The notes under the pieces are model-generated. The model did no database searches and had not been told where the DNA came from. It saw only the letters and a program-made list of their open reading frames with translations. Position numbers and translations under genes: made by a program. A stretch of DNA of 64,000 nucleotides from Chloroflexota bacterium (GTDB lineage Bacteria; Chloroflexota; UBA6077; CF-72), in contig JBPCIO010000005.1 of assembly GCA_051006215.1 (NCBI GenBank), positions 10,092 to 74,091 of the forward strand, written 5' to 3'. Position 1 is the stretch's first letter. Each line of letters opens with the position of its first letter. Positions 1 to 9,645 of the stretch are shown here, piece by piece.

Positions 1-1331
1 TTGTGTTGCGAATCGAGGATACGGATCGTGGCAGGTACGTCGAACATAGCGAGACCCAGATCTTCGAGACACTGCACTGGTTGGGACTCGACTGGGACGA
101 GGGCCCCGATAAGGGTGGCCCACTGGGGCCGTACCGCCAGTCGGAGCGATTGCCACTGTACAAAGCCGCGGCCCACAAACTCGTCGAGCTGGGACACGCC
201 TATTACTGCTGGTGCACTCCCGAGCGGCTCGAGCTGATGCGAGCCGAGCAGACGCGCAACAAGCTACCAACCGGGTACGACCGGCTGTGCCTGAACATGA
301 CGCGTGAACACCGGGCGCAGATGTCAGGCTTCGACGCGCAGCCCGTCACCCGGATGCGGATTCCAGATCACGATGTCCCTCTGACGTTCGACGACCTGAT
401 TCGCGGATCGACGAACGCGCCAATGCCAGACGATCAGGTGATCCTGAAGCGAGACGGCTTCCCGACCTATCACCTGGCAGTGGTCGTCGACGACCATGAA
501 ATGGGAATCACACACGTGCTGCGGGCCGAGGAGTGGATCCGCTCGACCCCCCAACAATTGCTGTTGTACCGGTTCATGGGTTGGCAGGCGCCCAAGTTCG
601 CTCATTTGCCCTTGCTGCGCAACCGCGACCGGTCGAAGATCAGCAAGCGCAAAAATCCAGCCGCGCGCCTGCTCTGGTTCCGCGAGGAAGGCTTTCTGCC
701 GGAGGCGCTGGTCAACTTTCTGGCGCTGCAGGGCTGGAGCATGCCGGACGGGCGCGAGATCTTCTCATTCGACGACATCGTCGCCAATTTCGATGTCGAG
801 CGGTTCAGCCCCGTCGGCCCGATCTTCGACGTAGACAAATTGGACTGGATGAATGGCAAGTACATCGAGGCGCTGGACGACGACGAGTTTTTGCGCCGGG
901 CAGCCCCGTTTTTGCCCGGGCCTGACCAGCAACAATCGTTGCGTATCCTGGCCCCACACCTCAAGACCAGGGTCAAGCGCCTCAAAGACGTGGGTGAGCA
1001 GGTTGATTTCCTGTACGTAGGCGCATTGGATCTCGATCGTGAGACGCTCGCCGGTCAGGGTGGCGCCGCGCCCACGGCTGCCGATTCGCTGCTGGCGGCG
1101 GAGGCTGTGCTGGGCGGGCTCGAGGATTTCTCCACCGGCGCCGTCAAGGACGCGCTCGAGGCTGAGCAAGCACGCCGCGGCTGGAAACCCAAGCCGTTTT
1201 TCATGCCCATTCGGGTCGCGATCAGCGGCAAGACCCACACGCCGCCGCTGTTCCCGATGCTGGCTGCGCTCGGGAAGCAGCGCAGCCTGCAACGCCTAGG
1301 TGCTGCGCTCGCCCTCCTCGCGACGACCTGA
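1..1331 (+). CDS. gltX: Glutamyl-tRNA synthetase (3' portion; N-terminus lies upstream of the window)
   Basis: The ORF 3..1331 translation matches GluRS catalytic and anticodon-binding regions (LRIEDTDRGR..., KISKRK 'KMSKS'-like motif). It is open at the window start. Confidence 0.9.
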   Translation, partial: VLRIEDTDRGRYVEHSETQIFETLHWLGLDWDEGPDKGGPLGPYRQSERLPLYKAAAHKLVELGHAYYCWCTPERLELMRAEQTRNKLPTGYDRLCLNMTREHRAQMSGFDAQPVTRMRIPDHDVPLTFDDLIRGSTNAPMPDDQVILKRDGFPTYHLAVVVDDHEMGITHVLRAEEWIRSTPQQLLLYRFMGWQAPKFAHLPLLRNRDRSKISKRKNPAARLLWFREEGFLPEALVNFLALQGWSMPDGREIFSFDDIVANFDVERFSPVGPIFDVDKLDWMNGKYIEALDDDEFLRRAAPFLPGPDQQQSLRILAPHLKTRVKRLKDVGEQVDFLYVGALDLDRETLAGQGGAAPTAADSLLAAEAVLGGLEDFSTGAVKDALEAEQARRGWKPKPFFMPIRVAISGKTHTPPLFPMLAALGKQRSLQRLGAALALLATT

Positions 1332-1339
1332 CGTTTCGC

Positions 1340-3154
1340 TCATGGGGAGGGGTTTTCCCGCATAAGGTGACGCTTCAGGAAATCCACAGCCATAGGGTAG
1401 GCTACCAGTCTGTTCTTGAGCTTGGCGATTTGATGGCCCTCGTCTTCGAGGCGCAAGAACCCAACTGACCGCCCCAGCGCGCGGAGTTGGCTGACCATCT
1501 GTTCGGCTTCGCCGATGGGAACGCGCGGGTCGTTGGCGCCGTGGATAACCAGCAGTGGCGCGCGGATCCGTTCCACATACTTGATCGGCGAGATGTCTTC
1601 CAGGAACTGTCGGTCGTTGGCCAGGCTGCCGTACTCTGCTTCGCGCAGGTGTCTGCGCCAGGGGCCAGTGTTTTCCAGGAACGTCACGAAGTTGGCGATG
1701 CCGACCAGGTCGACTCCCGCGGCCCAGAGCTCGGGATACGTCGTCAGCGCTGCCAGGACCATGAAGCCGCCGTAGCTGCCGCCATAGACGGCAATTCGGT
1801 TCGTGTTTACCCGACCAGAGTCGCGCAACCAGTACACGGTGTGCGCCAGGTCGGCAACAGAGTCCATGCGCTTTCGGACGTCGTCCAGGTGCACGAATGT
1901 GCGACCGTAGCCTGAGCTGCCACGCACGTTCGGGGCGAGCACGGCGAAGCCGGCCTCGACCAGACCCTGGACTACCGGTTGGAACGTGGGTCGGTACTGG
2001 CTTTCCGGTCCGCCGTGCACGAATACGACGCACGGTGCTGGATCGGGCGTGGGGAGCGCCGAGTAGAACAGCGCTGGGATCTGGCGGCCGTCAAAGCTCG
2101 GGTACTGAACGTGCTCCGGCTCCGGAAGCTGGCTGATGTCGACGCCCAGTCCGCCGGCTCGAGTGACAGGGCGCGCCTGGTGATCCGCGACGGACGCAAC
2201 AAACACGTTTGGGTTCGCACGCGATGCGGTCCACGAGATGGCCAGCCGCTGACCGGAAGGATCCCAGGCTAATGCGTGCTGCAAGCATTCGTACAGCGCA
2301 CCAGGCGGCAGACCGGCAACGATGCGTTCGCTGCCGGAGGCGAGCGTGCGCACGACGATCTGTGTTTCGCCGTCTCTATTCAGGCCGTACGCCAGCCGCT
2401 GGCCGGTCGGATCGAGGCTGGCTTCGTCGACGTCCAGGTCAGGCTCCACGACGAATGTCATGCGGCCGCTTGCCACGTCCAGCTGCGCTGGCGCCGCAAA
2501 CTCGCGACCAGCGTTGGTCAGACAAAACAGCGAGCGACCGTCTGAGCTCCACTCGGGTCGTTCGTAGGTCGCGTCCTGATCGGGCGGGGTCAGCAATCGG
2601 GGTTGCTGTCGGTCCTGGGTGTCGACCAGCCAGAGCTCTTTGTGCGCGTTCGAGAACGAGCGCACCACCGCCAGCCAGCGGCCATCCGGCGAGAATGGGC
2701 CGGCCTGATTGGTGGAGTCGTGTTCGAGGACACAACGGGTCTGGCCGGTATCTAGGTCACACAGGTAAATGTCGAACCAACGCTGGTTGCGCGTGTTGGC
2801 TGCGAAGCTGATAGTGGCGGCATTGGGAGCAAAGCTCCCAAACACGTGGATGCGATCGGGGTTGTCGGTCAGCGCGCGCCAGGCGGCGCCCGGGCCGCCG
2901 TCGGCATACAGAATCTGGGTGTGCTCGTTGCCACCGACGTCGGCGCCCACGACGAGCTGTCCAGAACGTGGGCCGGGGTCGACCGTTTGTGCTCGATCGG
3001 GTGGCGCCACCAGAAGTTCAGGCCAGCCAGAACCATCGACACCCCAGGCCTGCGGTACGCCACCCAGGTCGGCAACGAACACCAGATACCCGCTTGCATC
3101 GAACCGCCCAGCGTACGCCGAGCGCACGCGCAGGAGCTGTCGCAGGTCTACCAT
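1340..3154 (-). CDS. S9 family peptidase (prolyl oligopeptidase/acylaminoacyl-peptidase-like) with an N-terminal beta-propeller
   Basis: 604 aa. The C-terminal alpha/beta hydrolase carries GGSYGG (nucleophile elbow) and HGANDPRVP. The N-terminal repeat region is propeller-like. Confidence 0.8.
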   Translation of the reverse strand: MVDLRQLLRVRSAYAGRFDASGYLVFVADLGGVPQAWGVDGSGWPELLVAPPDRAQTVDPGPRSGQLVVGADVGGNEHTQILYADGGPGAAWRALTDNPDRIHVFGSFAPNAATISFAANTRNQRWFDIYLCDLDTGQTRCVLEHDSTNQAGPFSPDGRWLAVVRSFSNAHKELWLVDTQDRQQPRLLTPPDQDATYERPEWSSDGRSLFCLTNAGREFAAPAQLDVASGRMTFVVEPDLDVDEASLDPTGQRLAYGLNRDGETQIVVRTLASGSERIVAGLPPGALYECLQHALAWDPSGQRLAISWTASRANPNVFVASVADHQARPVTRAGGLGVDISQLPEPEHVQYPSFDGRQIPALFYSALPTPDPAPCVVFVHGGPESQYRPTFQPVVQGLVEAGFAVLAPNVRGSSGYGRTFVHLDDVRKRMDSVADLAHTVYWLRDSGRVNTNRIAVYGGSYGGFMVLAALTTYPELWAAGVDLVGIANFVTFLENTGPWRRHLREAEYGSLANDRQFLEDISPIKYVERIRAPLLVIHGANDPRVPIGEAEQMVSQLRALGRSVGFLRLEDEGHQIAKLKNRLVAYPMAVDFLKRHLMRENPSP

Positions 3155-3224
3155 TCGCCAGCGAGGCTAGCACGTCGCTGTCAACACCGGGCAGCTGGTT
3201 GGTTCGTGGCACACTGATGAGACG

Positions 3225-4211
3225 ATGAACACCCGTGCTTGCGATCTGTTCGGCATCCAACATCCGGTGGTGCTCGGTGGGATGGGCAGTGGCACCAGCC
3301 CGGAGCTGGTGGGCGCAGTCTCGAACGCTGGCGGACTGGGAGTTCAGGGCTGCGCTGGGCGCTCGCCGGCCCAGATTGGCGAGTTGTCCGCAGCCATTCG
3401 CGCGGTCACCGACCGTCCCTTTGGCCTGAATCTGCTCATGTTCCTGGCCGACGCTGCGGCCATCGATGCCGTGCTGGCGGCGAAGCCACCCGTCTTCTCG
3501 ACAGCTTGGCCCCGCCCGGACCAGGATTTGGCGGCGGTGTTCGCCCGCGCCCACGCAGTTGGCGCCAGGGTGATGCACATGGTTTCTACGGTCCCCGAAG
3601 CCAGGCGGGCGGCCGATTCGGGTGCTGACATCATCGCCGCTCAGGGCAGCGAGGGCGGTGGTCACGTAGGCATGATGGCCAGCCTGGTCCTGGTCCCACA
3701 GGTGGTGCGCGCGATCGCACCTGTGCCCGTGCTGGCGGCCGGCGGTATAGCCGACGGAGCGGGCCTCGCAGCTGCGATCATGCTGGGCGCAGAGGGGGTC
3801 CTGCTCGGGACCCGCTTTCTTGCGACGTCAGAATCGCCACTGCCCGACAACTACAAGCGGGCGATCTGTCGGAGCGACGGCCACGACACGCTGCTCACGG
3901 AGCTGCCGGACGTGCTCGCCGGTCAGGTGTGGCCAGGCGCGTTCGCGCGCGTGCTGCGCAACGCCTTCGTTCAGGAGTGGCTCGGCCGCGAGGGTGAGGT
4001 ACGCCAACGGCGTGCCGAGTTGCTGCGTCGCATTCAGCTGGCTCGCGAGGCAGGCGACGTCGATAACGGTACGCTGCTGATCGGTCAGGACGCTGGGTTG
4101 ATCGAGTCGATCGACCCGGCCGGCGAGGTCGTGCAACGCGTTGTAGCCGAGGCCGAGCTGATTGTGGCACGGCGCGCAGCCGACGTCCTGGCCCCGCGAG
4201 CGCCCGCCTGA
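3225..4211 (+). CDS. Nitronate monooxygenase / 2-nitropropane dioxygenase family FMN oxidoreductase
   Basis: 328 aa with GGMGSGTSPELVGAVSNAGGLG and a Gly-rich FMN-binding TIM-barrel signature. Confidence 0.75.
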   Translation: MNTRACDLFGIQHPVVLGGMGSGTSPELVGAVSNAGGLGVQGCAGRSPAQIGELSAAIRAVTDRPFGLNLLMFLADAAAIDAVLAAKPPVFSTAWPRPDQDLAAVFARAHAVGARVMHMVSTVPEARRAADSGADIIAAQGSEGGGHVGMMASLVLVPQVVRAIAPVPVLAAGGIADGAGLAAAIMLGAEGVLLGTRFLATSESPLPDNYKRAICRSDGHDTLLTELPDVLAGQVWPGAFARVLRNAFVQEWLGREGEVRQRRAELLRRIQLAREAGDVDNGTLLIGQDAGLIESIDPAGEVVQRVVAEAELIVARRAADVLAPRAPA

Positions 4212-4255
4212 TTTCCGGCTGCGGCCCCCAATCCGATACAATCAGACCTCACCTG

Positions 4256-4326
4256 TGCCGGATGGGGTAATGGTAGCCCGGCTGATTCTGGATCAGTCTG
4301 TCTAGGTTCGAGTCCTAGTCCGGCAG
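4256..4326 (+). tRNA. tRNA-Gln (anticodon CTG)
   Basis: A manually folded cloverleaf. The 7-bp acceptor stem is TGCCGGA/TCCGGCA with U1-A72, as is typical for bacterial tRNA-Gln. The D stem is GGGT/GCCC. The anticodon stem GCTGA/TCAGT carries loop TTCTGGA, giving anticodon CUG. The T arm is CTAGG-TTCGAGT-CCTAG. CCA is not encoded. Confidence 0.75.
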
Positions 4327-4636
4327 CCCGCGCTAGCGTCCTCGCGACGTGCCGGGCTCGCGTTGACGCGCGTCGGACGTTGGCTCTAAGCCCGGTTGAT
4401 CGCTGGCCTGATCCACTGCCAGGCCGCTCTTTGCCGTCTCTCTGAAAGCCGTGTCTGCTACGACGGCATGGATTTTCGCGGGACGCAGTGCCGGTTCTGG
4501 CAGAGGGTCCCCGACGCCCCTCACTTCGTCAGCAACATGGGTGTGTGCACGCGTTGTTCAGGGCAAGTCGCACATGCCGCACGACGACGGCTTTGAAGCC
4601 ACTCGGCTAGCCTGACGCCACGCTATATTCGGCGGC

Positions 4637-5056
4637 GTGGCGGACAAGGACTACAGCCACCGAGACGTGCTCGACAAGCTCGGCATCAAAGCTGGATTCG
4701 CCGTAGCCTTCGATGAGACCGCAGCGGCGATACCAGCCGAACTGAAAGCGCGCGTGCTCGCCCGGGTGGGTCGAGACGCAGCCCGAGACGAGGAACCGCT
4801 TGACGTGGTCGTGGTAGCCGCAGACGCCGCGACGGATGTCGAGGCCATGCTGAACTCTTGGCGCACCCGCATCGAACAGGCAGCTGGAATTTGGCTGCTT
4901 ACGCCCAAGCGTGGCCAGCCGGGGTATGTCGATCAGGCCGAGCTCATCCCGGCGGGCCTCGCCGCGCGGCTGGTCGACAACAAGACGTGTAGCGTCTCGG
5001 ACACGCTGAGTGGCATCCGCTTCGTGATCCGGAAGATCGATCGCGTATACTCGTGA
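4637..5056 (+). CDS. DUF3052-like hypothetical protein
   Basis: 139 aa with a GTG start. The sequence resembles the actinobacterial DUF3052 family (GIKAGFAVAFDE...). No function can be inferred. Confidence 0.55.
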   Translation: MADKDYSHRDVLDKLGIKAGFAVAFDETAAAIPAELKARVLARVGRDAARDEEPLDVVVVAADAATDVEAMLNSWRTRIEQAAGIWLLTPKRGQPGYVDQAELIPAGLAARLVDNKTCSVSDTLSGIRFVIRKIDRVYS

Positions 5057-5087
5057 AGCTTTCTTTCGTAGCGCTGCCGCGCGCTCC

Positions 5088-5161
5088 GGCCCGTTCGTCT
5101 AGCGGCCCAGGACGCTACCCTCTCAAGGTAGAGATCGCGGGTTCGAATCCCGCACGGGTCA
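5088..5161 (+). tRNA. tRNA-Glu (anticodon CTC)
   Basis: Closely resembles canonical bacterial tRNA-Glu (GTCTAGCGGCCCAGGAC D-arm, GGGTTCGAATCCC T-arm). The acceptor stem is GGCCCGT/ACGGGTC. The anticodon loop CTCTCAA gives anticodon CUC. Confidence 0.8.
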
Positions 5162-5321
5162 CCTTCAGGTTGAAACGAAACAGGCCCGCTTCGACAGCCT
5201 TTTGCCACGGCCTCGGGACCGTGCCTGCAGCAAGCCGCGCAGTGTGTTTGCGGTCTTATGTTCGTGTCGGGAGAAGCGCGGCAGTCACGATATCCGTCTC
5301 TCGCTTCGAAAGCCGTCGGGC

Positions 5322-5486
5322 ATGAGCCATGAGTTAGGTACGACCGCGGACGGCGCAGCGCTGCGGGTGGTGCCTGTCCACGACGACACGCTCGTCGAGG
5401 CCGACGGACGCTTGTTGGTTCCCGCCTCGGGCGACACCATCGGCGACGAGCTCGTGCAAGCGCTCCGTGACGCCGACCGACGCTAG
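5322..5486 (+). CDS. Small hypothetical protein (54 aa)
   Basis: The ATG-initiated part of ORF 5202..5486 (MSHELGTTADGAALRVVPVHDD...). No recognisable domain. It may not be a real gene. Confidence 0.2.
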   Translation: MSHELGTTADGAALRVVPVHDDTLVEADGRLLVPASGDTIGDELVQALRDADRR

Positions 5487-5697
5487 TCAGGCGACTGTCG
5501 AACCCGACGCTCTGGTCGATACCCGCGTCTTTGTTCCGCTCGCGCAGGGTCACTGAGCGAAGACAGCCATTTCGGGTTGTTGTACGACGCTGTTCTGAGC
5601 GTCGAGACCCACTGGCGGTGGCCGCTGACGGAGCCGGAGGCGGGCCGGACGCTGGAGCGTGGTTTGGGGCGCGGCGTCGCGGGTACGATACAGCCGT

Positions 5698-6153
5698 ATG
5701 GGCCGTATCGACGATCGGTTGTCTGAGCTGGGGTACGCGCTGCCGGCGCCGCGGGCGCCGCTGGCAAACTATGTGGCTGCTCGACGCGCGGGTAGTCTGG
5801 TGTACACGGCTGGACAGGTCTCGGGAACGGCTGAGCGGGAAATCAAAGGCCAGCTGGGTGCCGAGTTGGACCTCGAGCAGGGGCGCGGGGCTGCCCGTGT
5901 GTGTGCCCTGAACTGCCTTGCGGCGCTCCTGACGGTGATCGATTCGCTGGATGCGGTCAAGCAGTTGATCCGCGTCGGCGTGTTCGTCAACAGCGCTGCC
6001 GACTTCAATCAGCAGCCGGCCGTCGCCAACGGCGCCTCCGACCTCTTCGTGGAGGTGTTCGGCGACCTTGGTCGGCACGCGCGTACCGCGGTTGGCGTTA
6101 ACGAGTTACCGCTCGGGTTCGCGGTCGAAGTCGAATTGATCGTCGAAATCTGA
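5698..6153 (+). CDS. ridA: RidA/YjgF family reactive-intermediate deaminase
   Basis: An internal ATG ([13 protein letters not shown]...) of ORF 5659..6153 gives a RidA-length protein. The profile is YjgF/RutC-like (GQV..., [13 protein letters not shown]). Confidence 0.75.
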   Translation: MGRIDDRLSELGYALPAPRAPLANYVAARRAGSLVYTAGQVSGTAEREIKGQLGAELDLEQGRGAARVCALNCLAALLTVIDSLDAVKQLIRVGVFVNSAADFNQQPAVANGASDLFVEVFGDLGRHARTAVGVNELPLGFAVEVELIVEI

Positions 6154-6177
6154 GAATCGTAGAAGGGAGCCAACGTC

Positions 6178-6507
6178 ATGCCGACCCTTGGAGTGTGGGA
6201 ACTGGTCGTCATTCTGGTCATCGTGGTCGTGATCTTCGGCGCAGGTCGGCTATCGGAGGTTGGTGGCGCCGTCGGCAAAGGCATCCGCGAGTTTCGCAAG
6301 GCGACCACCGACGAGCATGCGCCGCAAGCGCCTGCTGTCCGGGCCGCGCCCCCGGCTGAGAAGCTGTTGCCGCTCGCGCCTGTGTCCCCGAGCGTTGTCG
6401 TCACAACGGTCGTCGTCGACAACCGGTGCCCGTCGTGCAACACCGTGAACCCGACCGGCCAGGTGTTTTGCGGCCAGTGCGGAATCCGGCTGACGCTGGC
6501 CGCCTGA
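6178..6507 (+). CDS. tatA: TatA/E-like twin-arginine translocase subunit fused to a C-terminal zinc-ribbon
   Basis: The N-terminus [42 protein letters not shown] matches the TatA TM helix plus amphipathic helix consensus. The C-terminus [22 protein letters not shown] is a CxxC-N11-CxxC zinc ribbon. A GAAGGGA Shine-Dalgarno sits 7 nt upstream. Confidence 0.7.
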   Translation: MPTLGVWELVVILVIVVVIFGAGRLSEVGGAVGKGIREFRKATTDEHAPQAPAVRAAPPAEKLLPLAPVSPSVVVTTVVVDNRCPSCNTVNPTGQVFCGQCGIRLTLAA

Positions 6508-6514
6508 CGAGGGG

Positions 6515-7141
6515 TTGCTAAGCGCGCTCATCTTCGCTGGCGGCCGCGCCTCTCGCCTTGGCGGCCTCAACAAAGCGCTGCTGGAGGTTGGTGGCAGCAC
6601 CATCATCGCCCGAACACTTGCTGCTGTGCGGCCGCTGGTCGATGAATGCATCCTGCTGACGAATGACGTCGCCCTGGCGGACGTGGGGGACGTGGGGGAC
6701 GTACGCCTGGTGTTCGACCCCACGCCGCACGCTGGCGTCCTGCCAGCGCTGGCAGCAGGCCTCGAGGCTGCCGCAGGCGAGCTCTGCCTGGCTGTGGCAT
6801 GCGATATGCCGTTCGTGTCGACGAGGCTGTTTGCGCAACTGCTCGAGCTGCAGCGTCATGTCAACGCCGACGTCGTCATTCCACGGAGCGCCGGGTTTCT
6901 CGAGCCGATGCATGCCGTGTATCACCGCGAGCCGGTCTTGCAAGCCATCCGGGCAGCGCTCGGACGGGGAGATCAACGCATGATCAGTTACTTCGGGGAC
7001 GTCACGGTACACGAGGTGCCTGAAGCCGTATGGCGCCTGGCAGATGCGTCCGGTGGGGCGTTTTTCAACGTCAACACGCCAGACGAGCTCGAGCGAGCGC
7101 AGTGGATCGCAGCCAGGTCGTCGTCCAGCTCACCTATCTGA
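6515..7141 (+). CDS. mobA: Molybdenum cofactor guanylyltransferase
   Basis: The N-terminal [23 protein letters not shown] motif and a nucleotide-diphospho-sugar transferase fold. 208 aa. Confidence 0.8.
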   Translation: MLSALIFAGGRASRLGGLNKALLEVGGSTIIARTLAAVRPLVDECILLTNDVALADVGDVGDVRLVFDPTPHAGVLPALAAGLEAAAGELCLAVACDMPFVSTRLFAQLLELQRHVNADVVIPRSAGFLEPMHAVYHREPVLQAIRAALGRGDQRMISYFGDVTVHEVPEAVWRLADASGGAFFNVNTPDELERAQWIAARSSSSSPI

Positions 7142-7222
7142 GTACGACTGGGCGACCACAGTCGCCCCACCCACGCACGGGCGGCCGCCGTACACCGGCG
7201 ACCGCGGAACCCTGCGGTGGCG

Positions 7223-7867
7223 TTAGCCTGAGGTCTCCTCCTCCGTCGCTGGTTCAGCGGCGTCGGCGGCCTCAGTCGGTTCGGCGGCAGCTTCCACGGG
7301 CTCCTCTTCCTCCCGCGGCGGCTGCACCATCGCCAGGACTTCCTCTGGCGGGTCAAGCACCTTGTACGTCGCCGATTCGGGCAGGTCGCTGACGTGGATG
7401 GCATCGTGCAGCTCCAGCAGTGAGCTTACGTCGACCTCGATGGCCTCTGGCAGGTCGCCTGCTCTAGCGGTGACCCGCAGCTCCGTTCTCGGGTGAGACA
7501 TCACACCACCCAGCTTGGTGACCGCGATCGACTCGCCGACGAAGCGCACCGGCACGCTGCTCGTAACCGACTCCTCCATCGACACGGCTTGGAATTCGAT
7601 ATGCAGAATCTGACCAGAGCGCGGGTCGCGCTGGATGTCCTTCAGAAGGGCAAGCTCAGAGCGATCCTGGACGGCGATGGTGACCACACCGGTGCGACCA
7701 CCGTGGGCTAACAGGTACTCCATCGCCCGCGCTGGCGCCTGAATCGCGCGTGGATCGCCGTGGCCGTAGATGTTGGCCGGCACGAGACCCTGGCGGCGCA
7801 ATCGCCGGACGTGCTTTCCAAACACGCCGCGGGTTTCGGCGAGCAGCTCTAGGTCGTTCGTGGGCAT
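7223..7867 (-). CDS. rplY: 50S ribosomal protein L25 / general stress protein Ctc
   Basis: 214 aa. The N-terminal L25 domain (ETRGVFGKHVRRLRRQGLVPANIYGHG) is followed by an acidic C-terminal extension typical of the Ctc form. Confidence 0.85.
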   Translation of the reverse strand: MPTNDLELLAETRGVFGKHVRRLRRQGLVPANIYGHGDPRAIQAPARAMEYLLAHGGRTGVVTIAVQDRSELALLKDIQRDPRSGQILHIEFQAVSMEESVTSSVPVRFVGESIAVTKLGGVMSHPRTELRVTARAGDLPEAIEVDVSSLLELHDAIHVSDLPESATYKVLDPPEEVLAMVQPPREEEEPVEAAAEPTEAADAAEPATEEETSG

Positions 7868-7900
7868 GTGGGTCGGAGTATACGTTCTTTGCGAGGCGCG

Positions 7901-8212
7901 CTACAGGCCCGCGAAGCGCGCGGTCAGGACAACCGACCAGGCGCCAACGCTAGCCGCAAACACGTTCAGGTCGCCGATCTTGACCGGCTCAGGTGCCTGA
8001 ACGGCGGATCCAACCACCTGCCCGAGGCAGGCGGCCAGAAGGCCCAGGACTACGTACCAGGCGAGGCGCGAAACGCCCCGGCCGACCAGCATGAAGCATG
8101 CAGCGGCATTGATGACGCCGAGCAAACCAGCCAGGATGAGCCACGGCGGCAGCGACGGGACCATGCCCGCAGGCACGAACGACATGAGCTTGCCAATTTG
8201 GAGCCTACGCAA
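7901..8212 (-). CDS. Small hypothetical membrane protein (2-3 TM helices)
   Basis: 103 aa and hydrophobic (LPPWLILAGLLGVINAAACFMLVG...). No domain recognised. Confidence 0.35.
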   Translation of the reverse strand: MRRLQIGKLMSFVPAGMVPSLPPWLILAGLLGVINAAACFMLVGRGVSRLAWYVVLGLLAACLGQVVGSAVQAPEPVKIGDLNVFAASVGAWSVVLTARFAGL

Positions 8213-8297
8213 GTCGTTGCCGGCTCGTCAATGTTGGAATTCGAGCGTGGATGCAAGAGGGTTCGAGCGGGCCCAAAGTTAGAATGGGCATGCCCCG

Positions 8298-9098
8298 ATG
8301 CTGGCGCGCTTCGAGCAACTGATGCAAGACGCGGTCGAAGGCAGCCTACGCCGCGTGTTTCCGACCACCCTCCAGCCGGTGCAGCTCGCCAAGGCCGCCG
8401 CGCGAGCGATGGAGCAAGGCCAAGTGATCGGCGTGCACGGCCCGCAGGTGGCCAACGCGTATCGGCTGCGCCTGGCACCGCGCGACCTGGAGCGCTTCGC
8501 TCACTACGCGGCAACGCTGTCGCTCGAGCTCAGCCGGTACCTGGTGGAGTATGCGCGCGAGCGCGGCCTGCAGCCCATCGCCGAGCCGCGTGTCGAGCTG
8601 CTCGGGGACGCCACCGTCAAGGTGGGCACTGTCCGCGCAGAGGCGCAGTTCGTTGATCTTGCGCCTGCGTTGAAGAAAGCTGTCGAGGCTGGGGCGGCAG
8701 GCACCCGCCGACTGCGTCTTGCGGACCTGGCGAGCGCCCGCGCAGCCGCTCGGGATACGTATGCCGAAGGTAATCCGGTGCTTTGGCTTGTCGACGCTTC
8801 GGGTGAGCGCTTCCTGCTCGAATCCCAGGTCGGCATCGTTCGCGTCGGGCGCGGCGCCGACAACGACCTGGTTCTGAGCAATCAACGCGTTTCGCGCTAC
8901 CACGCCCAGGTTCGGTGGGTCGAGTCCAGCTGGCTCGTCTACGATCTCGACAGCACCAATGGCACATGGGTGGATGAGCAGCGGGTACTGCCGTCGCGTC
9001 CAAACCAGCTGACCCACGGCGCGGTTGTGCGATTCGGCGATCACGAGCTCAGCGCCCGCAGCGAACACGACCTCGCACCAGCCTCACATCCGGACTGA
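8298..9098 (+). CDS. fhaA: FhaA-like protein (DUF3662 N-terminal domain plus C-terminal FHA domain)
   Basis: The N-terminus (MLARFEQLMQDAVEGSLRRVF...VQLAKAAARAMEQ) resembles mycobacterial FhaA. The C-terminal FHA domain reads GIVRVGRGADNDLVLSNQRVSRYHAQV...DLDSTNGTWVD. Confidence 0.75.
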   Translation: MLARFEQLMQDAVEGSLRRVFPTTLQPVQLAKAAARAMEQGQVIGVHGPQVANAYRLRLAPRDLERFAHYAATLSLELSRYLVEYARERGLQPIAEPRVELLGDATVKVGTVRAEAQFVDLAPALKKAVEAGAAGTRRLRLADLASARAAARDTYAEGNPVLWLVDASGERFLLESQVGIVRVGRGADNDLVLSNQRVSRYHAQVRWVESSWLVYDLDSTNGTWVDEQRVLPSRPNQLTHGAVVRFGDHELSARSEHDLAPASHPD

Positions 9099-9104
9099 AG
9101 CCGC

Positions 9105-9575
9105 TTGGACGTCCTGGACCTGGCCATCCTCGGGCTGCGTATAGCGCTGGTGGGCGTGCTGTACGGGTTCCTGGTAGTTGTCCTGCGCTCGGCCGGGCGC
9201 TGGCTGGACACGCCGCGGTCGGCTGAGTCCGCGGGGTCGTCCTCGAGCAGGCCTGGGCTGCGGCTCGTCGTACTTGACGCGGGTGATTCAGGGCTGACGC
9301 CTGGCCAGACAATCGAGGTGTCGGATGAGGCCACTCTGGGCCGCGCTGAGCGGGCCGAGGTGGTGGTTGCGGATGCAGCCGTGTCGGCCGAACATGCGCG
9401 TGTTCGGCGAAGCGGCAAAAACTGGGTGGTGGTCGACCTGGGAAGCACCAATGGCACGCTGGTCAACAACTCACGCGTGAATGGCCAGACCCTGCTGCAT
9501 GACGGCGACCTACTCGTACTTGGCGGAGTCCGCCTGAAGATTGGCCTCGGTTCTTCGTCGCGGGACGAGGGCTGA
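9105..9575 (+). CDS. fhaB: FhaB/FipA-like membrane-anchored FHA domain protein
   Basis: An N-terminal TM helix (LAILGLRIALVGVLYGFLVVVL) is followed by an FHA domain (GRAERAEVVVADAAVSAEHARVRR...DLGSTNGTLVN). It sits immediately downstream of the fhaA-like gene. Confidence 0.7.
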   Translation: MDVLDLAILGLRIALVGVLYGFLVVVLRSAGRWLDTPRSAESAGSSSSRPGLRLVVLDAGDSGLTPGQTIEVSDEATLGRAERAEVVVADAAVSAEHARVRRSGKNWVVVDLGSTNGTLVNNSRVNGQTLLHDGDLLVLGGVRLKIGLGSSSRDEG

Positions 9576-9645
9576 GGCGTATCGGGAGCGTAGGTGCGCC
9601 ATACTGGACGCAGCGCAGACGCGAAAGGGGGCTAGCCGCCAAACC

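Noticed and set aside
4600-4660. 8-bp inverted repeat CGCCACGC-tatattcggcg-GCGTGGCG spanning the GTG start of the DUF3052 gene, with TATATT in the loop
   Set aside because: It could be a -10 element giving a leaderless mRNA, or a start-codon-sequestering hairpin. No -35 partner sits at proper spacing and the stem is short, so it is too speculative to call.
6681-6704. Tandem repeat GACGTGGGG x2.5
   Set aside because: It lies inside mobA and simply encodes DVGDVGDV. It is too short to be a CRISPR or VNTR feature of interest.
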